Source: Podospora anserina (Eukaryota). Taken from it: DNA of 64,000 nucleotides. The notes below the pieces were generated by a model. It was not told the DNA's origin, did no database searches, and saw only the letters and a program-made list of their open reading frames with translations. Within the stretch, counting starts at the first letter, position 1. The number at the start of each line of letters is the position of its first letter. The stretch is taken from contig CM030333.1 in NCBI GenBank assembly GCA_017654855.1, positions 1,240,001 through 1,304,000 of the forward strand, read 5' to 3'. The position numbers were made by a program, and so were the translations under genes. Positions 51,201-61,855 of the stretch are shown here, piece after piece.

Positions 51201-53831
51201 TAGCGTGCCTTGCGTGGGGGTGAGTTCGCCGGGTGCTTCCCGCAAAAACCCCACCACTTAACAGGGGTTTCTTTCCAGTCCCGGGCGGAATTACCTAATG
51301 ACTTACACATTATTTCTTTCCCTCAACTCCAATCCCGGCGAGTGGTTTCGCCCACGAGGGTTGGGCGATTGGTTTTCGGAGAGAAATCCGACTTTCGGAC
51401 ACTAAAAAGAAACTCGGAAGGTTTTTTTTTATTTTTTTTATTAAAAAAAATCATGGGTGAGGTTGTATTCTAGGACTTGTGGGTCTAGGTGCTTGAGAGA
51501 ATTGTGAGACCCTGGAAAGGCTTGTTGTGATGGTTCCCAAGGTTGCTTTGAGGTTTTTGGATCCTGTTAGCGGCCGTTGTAATGGAGTAGGTGAGTCTAT
51601 TTTCATGGCCTGGGCAGGTATGTAGATCAAGCATGTAAGTGATGGCTGTCATTGCTTTATCTGTCACGGGAAAGTCTAGATCTCCATTTCACATCTGGCA
51701 AGTTCGGGAATGAGACGGGGACACAGAAGCCATATCCTGGTTTTGTAAGTGTATAGTGGTGATATCGACCGAGGAGGTCAAAGTTGGCTGGCTGATTATG
51801 AGATAACAGCGTTGCTGTCTTGAAACCGGGCAGATCAAGGTTGAAGATAGAGGTGGTCGTGAGACCGGCGAGGGACTGCTATTATATGCCATCACTCTCG
51901 TTTGACTTCTTGATAGGTCAATCATCTTGTTCTCTGGGAGGTGGTGAGTTCAACTCCCCTACCCATGATGCAGCTAGATGGCATCCCTGCTGCGGCTCTC
52001 CAACTTGCTTTTTGCTCAAGAACCTCAACACCAAACCCTAACTCTCCTTTTCAGCTTCCGATTCCCCTCCTCCCTCTTCCGAATTCCTATCTGCTTGCTT
52101 GCTTGCTCGCTGCGTATCAGCGTGTGGGTATCATCCGCCCCGCCAGCCAGGCCCTTGCTTCCCGTGTCGTCCCAAACCATTCATCGGAACGGCTGCAATT
52201 CTTGATTGACTGCGGGCATGCAACAGCAGCTATCTCGCATACCGGTACGGAGTATGGCCTTCGGTAGTCCAGATACAGAACAACTGACGAGTTATTAGGA
52301 TATACGTACCGAGTCATTCTTACCGGTTTCTTGTCGCGATCATTGAACTCCTTGCTGCCATCCCAGCATCAAGCACGACACAAAAAAAAAACCTCTCTTC
52401 GCTCTCGCTTATTCACCATTCATGCCCAAAGTATCCAGTCAAAATGGTCGTGTAATACGTAACAATTGTCCTCTTCCACCCCCCCCCTCTTCTGCCTCAG
52501 CCGTGTGTGCGGCGCGGTTGCCCAACTTCTTGGTGAATCAGAAGCTGATAGAACAACAGAACTGATATCGCGATAAGACGTCGGAATGGCGCCAGTGTAG
52601 CGGTCTGCCTTGGTCAGAGCTGCAAGCACGCACACAAACTGTGTGTAATCTGTCTCACTCCATCTCCCGGGATTTGCCTTGTGTACCTGTGTCTCGGAGG
52701 CTGTAACTGCTAAATAGGCGCTGCAGCTATCCTATCAAACAATCTCGTGGGGGTCCTTCTCATGTCTGAGATCAGTCTCACAGAGGAACAAGACCAGGGC
52801 TCAGAGGCAGGCAGGTACCCGTGTTATCGTCACTCATCACTCTGTGATCCAAGTGAAGCCATCACGCAAGGTCTGGTTTGCTGATACGTCTGGCTAAAGG
52901 AGGTGTTCACGGCATCGTGTTACCACCCTACGACCCTGCGGGAACAGTACCGTGTCCGCAGCGCAGGAAGATATAATGCCGCACAAGTAAAATCCACCTC
53001 GGATGGCAAATGTCATATGCCTCTCTGCTTGTCGGATTGCACTGCAGGCGGCCGCATCAGAACCTTGACGGACACTGGGGATGGATGGCTGGCTGGATAT
53101 GGACGAGCGAGCCGCCCATCCCGCTGTGGATCTCTGTGCCGTCAAGCAAAGAGGCAGACATGTGTGTTGGGTCCCAATGAGCGTTCTTATCTGTATCATG
53201 AGACCATTCAACCCAAGTATGCAGCGATAGCAGGATATCATGGTTGGATGGATGGGCGATGATTAAGGCCGCTCATCGCCCGAGAAGCAATCAGGAATTC
53301 CGAGAGCGAGTCCGTGTAGTGTAAAGAGGGGGATGCAACCTCGATTCGAGAAGATAAGTCGGCGAGCTGGGTATGGCTCCAGTAAAGAACGGGTGAAACG
53401 TCGTCGATCCTGAGAGATCAGTCTAGCATGAAATACAGCGATAGAGGAGCGCTTGAAGGGTGATCCGGTCATCTCCATTCGCGAGTGCTTTGATTGCTTG
53501 GCCACCGAGCTGCCGGCACATCTAACCAACGGTTCTGCCACATGCTTGAATGTCACGATGGGAGTGATAATCAGATAGGGCGGGCGGCGTTAATCAGGGA
53601 TCGCCCGAAAGGGAAGTACCAAGGAGCGGGCCAAGAATTCGAGAAAGAGAGATGCAGTCAAGAGAGGAGACGTCCGTGTGTCCGAGAGCTCAACTGAGAT
53701 GTCCGTGGTGCGGTCCGGAGTCCTGGTCGATGACAGCCAGGGGAGGCTGTGAGATGTCATGATTGTCACCAAGGGGCACAGGGGCGGCTCCAACGGTCGA
53801 GGCGGCTCGAGCGCTCGCGTCTTGCCTTGCC

Positions 53832-53835
<4 letters not shown>

Positions 53836-53871
<36 letters not shown>
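53836..53871. repeat. (GCTT)n tetranucleotide microsatellite, about 9 units
   Basis: Directly visible. Confidence 0.95.
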
Positions 53872-53876
<5 letters not shown>

Positions 53877-56493
53877 GCCCTACGATGTGTGTTTGCTAGT
53901 GGCCAGGTCTGTGGTATTTTGCAGTTTCGTCTCTCATGACGCCTTATCTCTCGCCTGGCAGGTTGGTTGTCCCTAGAAGGTGGAAGCTCCGGTGGCATAT
54001 GTTGGCTGTTTGCTGTTTGCGGGCAACAACGTACGATTTGGACCGATTAGATTCTGGAATGGTCGAATGGGAAGTGTCCCATGCCGCCGCCAGGCCTTGT
54101 CGTTCACTTTCTTGGAAAATGGTATCTTTTCGACCTGTTTCGCATCGGCCTCTGTGTGTGTGAACAGCACAAGAGGGTCCATCGGCTGAGCGGTCCTGCA
54201 TCTGAGACGTGGGGCTTCATGACGGCAGCACGCATGCCTCAGGCACTGGTAGGGACACAGAAGAAAAACGCTTATCTGGACCCCCACAGACAACCCTTCG
54301 TCATCCATGTGGCTTCCCTTGAGCTGGCCGGTTCCCACCCATGATCCCTGTCGCTGACCCGTCCGACCGCCCCGTGTCACTCGCTGATAAAGTCGCAGGT
54401 TCCTTGGCCCCCAGTTCGTCAAGAAAGTTGTTGTATGTTGGACGAGGCCGAGCCCCCTGGTTTGACCGTCCGTCCACTGTGAAGAAGGAAGAACATCAAG
54501 GTGCCCTGAATATATCGTGAGGGCACCTCAACGGGCACCTCGGAGAAGAAAGACCCTGTCTAGCTGCAACCGATGGTGGGTGAAGCGGGGGAACGGTGGA
54601 CTTCCAAGTGGACCAAGGTGTGCTGTCAAAAAAATGGGAAAGGAGGGGAAGGCTCCAAAAAGCTGGGGAAGAAGAGCCACGATGAAGGGCTTTCCCAGTC
54701 ACAAGCTCCGAGTGTAGCTTGTGATGCTCGCAAAAGAGGAATAGCAGACAGGAACAAACGGGCCATTTCTCCACGGTTCGTTCGCTTCCCTCACCGTCCA
54801 GAAGCAGGTGCGAAAAAGGTGGTGTTCCAGGTTCCAGTCAAACCCACCCTCTTTGCCCACCACCCCGCGGGCGACACACATTGCATCTCCACGTCCCACC
54901 CGCGCTTGTGAAAAAATAATAATATTGGCACCATTGGCCTTGCCCTCTCCGATTTTCTCTGTTCAATGCGCCCGCACAGCACCGCATTCGCCTGTTTGCC
55001 TTCCATGTAATAGTAATACTCAAGTAGAAAGTATAGGCTCGGTGTGTTCCATGTGGGATGATGGGGTCATATCCTATATGGTGGTGCTTGCTGGATCGGC
55101 GCTCTGCTTTGACAACAGGACCAGGTCTTTTCTCCTAAAACCAAGAATGAGTGTGTGTCTCGGGTCCGAGTAGGTAGGTATGTAGATGGTAGATGTCGCG
55201 ATGAGATGCTCGTCTGTCGTTGACTGACACCCGACTCACTGCCTGCTGTGACCGCCAAAGACATCCATCAACACCAGTAAAAGAGCATCCATCGTCACGT
55301 CACCTTTCGCCATCGATTGCTGGACCGGGGTGCATTTTGACCCCAAAGTATCTTCTGCCGAGGGGTTCGGTTCCGTGGAATAGGCGGGAACCTCTTCCCA
55401 TGCCCGCCCACCGCGCGGGAGCCCTGTATCTCGCTAGTGATCGAGACCCGCGCAATGCCTATCAGAACGGCAGGTACTTGGGCCAGGTAGCAATTTATCT
55501 CCCTCAAATCCTAGCTGCCGGCGCTATCTCGCAGACCTGAGCACTCCCTCCCTCTCTTTTCTCCCTGCTTTTAGCACTTGTCTGCAATCCTTACCAGGCG
55601 CCCTGTTTGCTTTTTTTTGTTTGTGCCCATCAGGGGAGTCTTCTTCCAACCTCGATCGCTGCCCCATCTCCCGTTTTATCGCTGCTGCATTGCAATCCAC
55701 CAGGGGGCAAGCCTACCCGTCCCAGTTCAACTAATAACAAAAGCAGACGAACCACCACCCGCCCGTCTGCTGCCGACGTGAGCCGCAGGAGCGAGCACCA
55801 CAGCTTCAACGTCAACTCATCTTGAAGACCCCCCCTTGGGAATTTACTTATCAGCGCCACGACGGGAAACAAAACGGTTCTCGCTCGCCAAGTCATAGTC
55901 TGCCACGGCCGTATCAAGACCTGGCGATACCGTCATCGCTTGCCTACCTATCAGAGCTCCCTAGTCTGCAACCCACATCGGGTATCAGATCCACCGCCAG
56001 ATTCGGACCACGCCTGCTGCGCCAGGAGAATTTCACCGAGGGCACTCCGTTGGACCCAACCCTGCCCCTGGGGCCTGCTGTCCGTTTATCTATCGGCTGG
56101 TCCCTGACTCCCTCGTTGCCTTGCTTTTGGGTCTTGATCGCACATGGGCGTCTGACTCCCGGCCTACAAGCGCCTTCCCCGGCCATCATCCCTCCCCCCC
56201 AATTCCCGGCAAGCCCTTTGTAGCACCACATATATACTTGCCTGCAGAGAGCCGCCCCCCCTTCCAAAGGACCCAGACGCGATAGCCATCACATCTCACG
56301 CAAACGGGCACGCACGCAGATAGATACCACGCACCGCCCACCACACTCAAAAAGCCTCGCGTTCCCCTTCTGTCGCCGCCGCCACTACCACCACCACCAC
56401 CACTATCACCACAAACATTAACCCAACCCGTCTCTGGCTTTCCCGAGGCTGTGGATAGCTTATCAACCACTACCGCGCCGCTGCCTCTGTTTC

Positions 56494-56547
56494 ATGGATA
56501 ACATCCGACCTGTTCAGCCCCGTACTGCCATGTCTGAGTTCCGGTAG
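56494..56547 (+). promoter_or_regulatory. Candidate uORF (MDNIRPVQPRTAMSEFR*) in the leader of the 56728 gene
   Basis: ATG in a TTCATGG context, lying between a TATATA (56231) and the main ATG (56728). Confidence 0.4.
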
Positions 56548-56727
56548 TCTTTGTCGTCGTTGGGTTGTTGTTCTTACTTCCACCTTTCCCCTCACTCTCA
56601 CCACCTTTGAACACCATCTCACCTTAGTGGGCTCATATTCCGACCCTCTACATCCTTATTAAGGCCCATAACTCGGGCTTCTCCCTCCCGCTCCTAGGCG
56701 TCATCATCACCCTCTCATATCACAGCC

Positions 56728-58269
56728 ATGTCGACTCCTTCCGGATCCCCGTCGCCGCTACAGGTGGCGGCCAACAGCTTTGTCGATGAAACCAAGATGC
56801 CCAAGGGACACTGCCGCTACATCCTGCTTCTTCCCGAAATCAAGGGCCAGCGATGTGCCTGTGTGGGCTTTTCACTCAATAAAGGCATCCCAGGTGCCAG
56901 TTGTGACTGCGGTCACTTGGCGTGCTTCCACAACAAGGAGCCAGAAGTGGCCACAGACTCGAAGCAAGAGCTGGAACTCTTGAAGAAACGCATTCAGCAG
57001 CTTGAGGATCAGATGACCAGAGGGCAGGATGGTGTAACTGAAACTCTTGTCAGCAGGATCAACGAAATGGAGGAACACTTGGAAAAGAGCAAGGAAGAGT
57101 TCAGTGAACAGATCAAGGGCACCTATCGAAATATCACCATCAGTTGGCGATCCATCGAGCAGGCCGAACAGAAGAGCAAGCAGCAGGATGAACAGCTCCG
57201 CCAGATTTATGAAAAGTTGAGGGACCACAACGAACAACTCGAGAGGCTGGACGCTGGGCAGTTGGAACTCCGAGATGCTGACCTGAGCCTGGAGGAGCGG
57301 ATCGAAAATATCACCGAGATCTTGGAGGAAGAGGAGGAACGCCGAAGATCATCACCTGCCCGGCGTCCCAGAAGAAGATCGACCTCCGACACATCACGCC
57401 CAAACCTCCCTTTAGGGGAGGGGGCCGTCCCGTCAGACGACTATCGTCGCCCATTTCCGCCAACGGCCGGCCCCCGCAACCCAGGACATGGCGAGGGCCT
57501 CGAACGAGGCGGGACCGCAGCGTTCCAACTGATGAAACCCCTCCCCGTTTCTGCCCGGTCCACGGGCCCGTGGACAGTGCACATTTCGCTCCTCCCGCAT
57601 GCGGGTGTGCCGATGCCCTTCGAGCGGAACACCAACGCCTACCAGCGGTGTCTATCCCGAGGACTCCACCGCATGGTTGCAGTCCACGGACCCGACGCAG
57701 AGTCGTTCAACAGAGCGGTGGAGGAGGCATTCGGCAGCTTCCTGAAGGGACGGGAGTGGATGCCGCTGCAGGCGAAGCTCTGCGACGCCGAGACACTTCA
57801 GGGTCTTCCGATGCTTCGTCAACTGGACCCTCAACTGATTGATCCAAAGAAATACGACCAAGACTTCCTCCGCCACCAATGCGGCGTCTGCGACTCCAAC
57901 GGCATCATCGATTCGCTGTACATCGCCATGAAATCCCACACCATTTCCTGGCACACCTTGAGGCATTCCCCCGTCTTCATGGCTGGTCTTGAGTCGTGCT
58001 GGGCATACGACGCCCTTCTCGACAGAGACCAATACGACGGCGACATGGCTATTGACGACGAGGACAGACCGGCAGCGGGCGATATCACCACCATCTTGCC
58101 TCCAATCCAACCGTCGCTCAAGAGGCCCCTCACCGAAATGTCGCGGTCAAACAGCTTCAGTGCCGGCGCAGCCGAAGGGGAAGACACGCGAAAGAAGCGA
58201 GCATGTCCAGTCCCGCCTCCTCCAGGCACCATTGTCGAGATCAGGAGGCGCGGTGTTGGGGCAGCGTGA
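56728..58269 (+). CDS. Hypothetical protein (513 aa): Cys/His putative zinc-binding N-terminus, coiled coil, globular C-terminal domain
   Basis: Long intronless ORF with fungal codon bias and good start context (GCCATG). Motif C-x13-CxC-x13-CxCGH-x2-CxH, followed by a heptad-rich segment. Confidence 0.88.
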   Translation: MSTPSGSPSPLQVAANSFVDETKMPKGHCRYILLLPEIKGQRCACVGFSLNKGIPGASCDCGHLACFHNKEPEVATDSKQELELLKKRIQQLEDQMTRGQDGVTETLVSRINEMEEHLEKSKEEFSEQIKGTYRNITISWRSIEQAEQKSKQQDEQLRQIYEKLRDHNEQLERLDAGQLELRDADLSLEERIENITEILEEEEERRRSSPARRPRRRSTSDTSRPNLPLGEGAVPSDDYRRPFPPTAGPRNPGHGEGLERGGTAAFQLMKPLPVSARSTGPWTVHISLLPHAGVPMPFERNTNAYQRCLSRGLHRMVAVHGPDAESFNRAVEEAFGSFLKGREWMPLQAKLCDAETLQGLPMLRQLDPQLIDPKKYDQDFLRHQCGVCDSNGIIDSLYIAMKSHTISWHTLRHSPVFMAGLESCWAYDALLDRDQYDGDMAIDDEDRPAAGDITTILPPIQPSLKRPLTEMSRSNSFSAGAAEGEDTRKKRACPVPPPPGTIVEIRRRGVGAA

Positions 58270-59623
58270 CTAGCCAATGGGTTCGACCAGGAGCCACCCA
58301 TTTTGACGATGCAAGATAATGCGAAACACCAGAGAACAAGAAACGATAAAGTGTGACCATAGCGCTGGGTAATGTTATAGATCAGGTCGGCAGGCAACGG
58401 GCGTTTGATGGAGACGGGGCGTACAACGATAAACTGGGGGGACATTTGGAGCACCAAAAGGGGTGCTTTTGTCGGCTGGTTTCATGTTTTTTTTTGGCAT
58501 TTGGGGGAACCATTTTTACCCCCTTACTTTATTTTTCTCGAATCTCCTGTCAATCATCAAATTTATACGTTGCATTTCTGTTTCTTGTCGGGGGGCGGAG
58601 GATTTTTGCTGAGGAATGATCCAAGATGATCAAAGCTATGCTGTTGTTTGTAAGAGAGGAGTTACTGTCATGGGGGAAGGACAGAAGATTATGATGAATG
58701 AGCGGTGGGTTTACCTTGGTAGTCCTTGGAAGTTTCCGGTGGTTTTTGGACCTGACTATGTAGACAATCCCATGGGTACCCCGGACTTGTACTTGACTAC
58801 TTGTGACTGTGAAGACGCCATATGAGTTGCTGATGCCATGTCTAATCGAGGGGCGTGAGAAATATATGGCTGCTGAGATGTTTGAGGGGTCAAATGATGC
58901 ATGAACTTGGAACAGTCCGTCAGGTCGTAGAACCGAGAAGTGTCCCGCTCCTTCCTCGAATCGCCAGTCGTCATCACCGCTCTTTTCTCTGCCTGTCGAA
59001 ACAATGGAATTGATTATTGTTTGGGATATCAGCCAATGACGTGCTGTCGAGATTGCTCGGTTTGGTCCTTATAAGCAGGGCCTGCTTTGTACCGTTTTGC
59101 AAACAATAGAAGGCCTTTTCAGTTCTCTAGTGTCGATAGGAACCAACATACTCCCAAGCTTTATATTTCTTTTCTCTCTGTGCCAGCCTGTCTCTCCATT
59201 CTTGGTCCGACGTTGAAGTGAGAGCATCAGGTGGGAGATCAGGTGACTTGGGCCCCAAATTTCACCTGCCAAGAAGTCTTGTCAGCAGCCGGCCGCTGTG
59301 GCGCCCGAGCCAGGAACCGCCCAGTGCCTAGGGACCCACGTTATCGGCAGGCGCATCTTCAGGTCCGTCTTGTTATCAATCGCGTCCAGCGCACCTCAGC
59401 CTGGCGCAACAATTGACAGCCAACGACTGCCAGCCTTGCATTTTCTCCCAACCTCAGCAACCCATTGTGTCTGGAGACATTGGGCCCTGCTGTCAGCTTT
59501 AACAACGACGTACGACCCAATTTCCGACCGAGTCGTCGTTTCCAGCCATTGATTCAATTTTAATCTCGGCGCGTCACCTATTTCTCACCTATTTGTCACC
59601 TTACGACCCGCCGCGACGCCAAC

Positions 59624-61125
59624 ATGGATCTAGACATTGAGATGGACGTGGACGACGTCCAGGAGGTCCCACAGCATATCCCAGAGGCGTACACTCATGA
59701 TATAATCACCGGCGAGGAACAGGTTGGATTACTTCACGTGGCAAATCACCCTTGCCAAGCATCGCTGACAAGTTCTCTGTCCAGGAACCCGGTGAGGTCG
59801 ACGACATCCCAGACGAGCAAAACGGCAGCTCAGCAGAGAGTGTTCGCGTGCCCAACAAGGTTCACATCCGCGGCCTCGACACCTTCACCCCCAACGATGT
59901 CAAGGGCTACCTTTCCGAGCACTACGGCATGATGGAGTTTGAGCGAGTCGAATGGATCAACGACAGCTCGGCCAATTACATTTTCAAATCCGAGTCGGCC
60001 GCGCAAAACGCCCTGCTTTCTCTTGCGGCGGTTGAGATTGCCGACCTGAGTCAACTTTCGCCGCTTGAGATGCTGCCAGCCAAGAACTTTTCCCAAAAGC
60101 CAGAGTCGAACTTGCTGGTCCGGTTTGCGGTGGCGGGGGACAGGAAGGTGCAGGGGGCTGCGGCTTATAGTCGGTTTTATTTGATCAACCCGGAGTATGA
60201 TCCCGAGGAGAGGCGCCGGAGGGGGGAGTTTAATAGGGGCAAGTATAGGGATCGGGATGACAGGCCTCGCAGGAGGAGGAGGGAGAGTCGTTCGGAGGAG
60301 AGGAATACGTTTGATGTTAATCTTTATGATGATGATCCGAAGGCGTTGAGTAATCGGGTTACGACGAGTCCTAGGCCACGATACCGGTCGAGATCGGTGA
60401 ACTCGGCGGATTTTAGAAGGGAAAGGAGGGTTAGGTCCAGGTCGAGGGAGAGGCCGAATCGGAACAAGGAGCTTTTCCCTGAGAGACGGAGGCCGGCGGT
60501 TGGGTTGAGGGATAGGTCTGCTTCTCCAGTTAGGGATGGGGATGGGGATGCGCAGATGGATTTGGAGGAGGATGCTCGTGCTGTGGCTGTTCAGCGGAGT
60601 AGAGAAAGAGGTCGGGAGCTGAGGGAAAGACTGTCTAGGGATACTAAGGACAAGGAGTTGTTCCCAAGCAAAGTCACGGCAAAGAAGGAGCTGTTTCCAG
60701 AGAAGGCTGGGTTGGCGGTTGGCAGCAAGGCACAGATGGATCAGGTCACTAACAGCTCAACTATTCTCGCCACCGGTATGTCGCAGCTTACTCTTCACCC
60801 CAACAAGCCTCTTTTTTTCTAGTCACAACCCACTTTTCCAACAATTATTCAGCTCACTGACACCATCTTCTACTCAGCATCACTAGCAGACAGGATAACA
60901 ACTCGACCGACGGCATCAGGAGGGGAAGGGGGGCTGAATATTCGTGGCATGGCTGGGAAGCAAGGGACAGGTCAGGGGATTGCGATCAAGGGGACGGGGG
61001 CCAAGGTTAAGGAGTTGTTCCCGGGCAAGTTTGGAAGTGGGGGGAATGCTGGGAAGGAGTTGTTTGCGGAGAAGTTGGAGGGGAGGGGGAGGAGGAGGCA
61101 GAGGGCGGAGGATTCTTGGAATTGA
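59624..61125 (+). CDS. NCBP3/DUF2414-like RRM-type RNA-binding protein; introns 59723-59784 and 60776-60877
   Basis: KVHIRGLD...DVKGY...RVEWINDSSANYIF and S.FYL.NPEYDPE motifs of NCBP3-like proteins, an RS-rich middle, and repeated KELFP. Confidence 0.85.
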
Positions 61126-61855
61126 TGGGGGGTGGACATGTATATGCATTGATAAAGGCGTTCAGGGGAGGCTTGATTTGGGGTTATATAGCACTGTTGT
61201 AAGGAAATCTAAGGGCATGGAGGTTTCTATCATTGGATATGTGAGTTGTGTGGTGAGTTATGTGGCTGGTGAACGATGTGTGATGCTGTGGAACCGATAT
61301 CAGAGCGATGATTGATGCATAAGATGGTGTTCAGGGGGGGTATATCTCTACTTGCTTAGTGACATGGAAAGAAGTCGTGGAGGTTTCTTTCAGCTTGAAT
61401 ACGTGAGTTCTATATGCCTTGTGAATGATGGATGCTGGGTGAGTGCTGGAAGAAGAAAGAGCAAGTTGAACAGTTCATGAAGAAAGCGCCAGCCAACCAA
61501 CTCCTTCATTTTATGGTATCAGTTGCTCTTTCCATCCAACGGTTTCACTCTTTCCATCTGATATCACCCTATTCGATAATAACAACGACGACTGACTACC
61601 CCACGGCCGGTAGGTGAATTGCTCTTTCTCTGTTTATGTGTACCCTAACGGTTTATCCAATGGCTTTTCTTTGGGGAAGTTACGTCCGTCCTTCTTTCCT
61701 TCCTTCTTCCTGAGGCATGTGGTTTTGACTTTTGCACATATCTTCAACATCGGCTTTTTTGTTGCGGAAATATGTTCGACCGACATCACTTTTACTTAAT
61801 TTCGAGGTCACTTGCTCACCTGTTCTGAAAGACGACACGACAAAGTGGATATACA

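Noticed and set aside
50341..52042. Telomere-template-like 9-mers CCTAACCCT (50341) and AACCCTAAC (52034) in the gene-free region, suggesting telomerase RNA
   Set aside because: A few such 9-mers are expected by chance in 64 kb. I could not identify a pseudoknot, CR4/5 or Sm site plus 3' splice-like signal. A covariance-model search would be needed.
52760..52845. GTGATGA...CTGA boxes on the minus strand (snoRNA-like)
   Set aside because: No recognisable rRNA/snRNA guide and only a 3-bp terminal stem, so probably chance.
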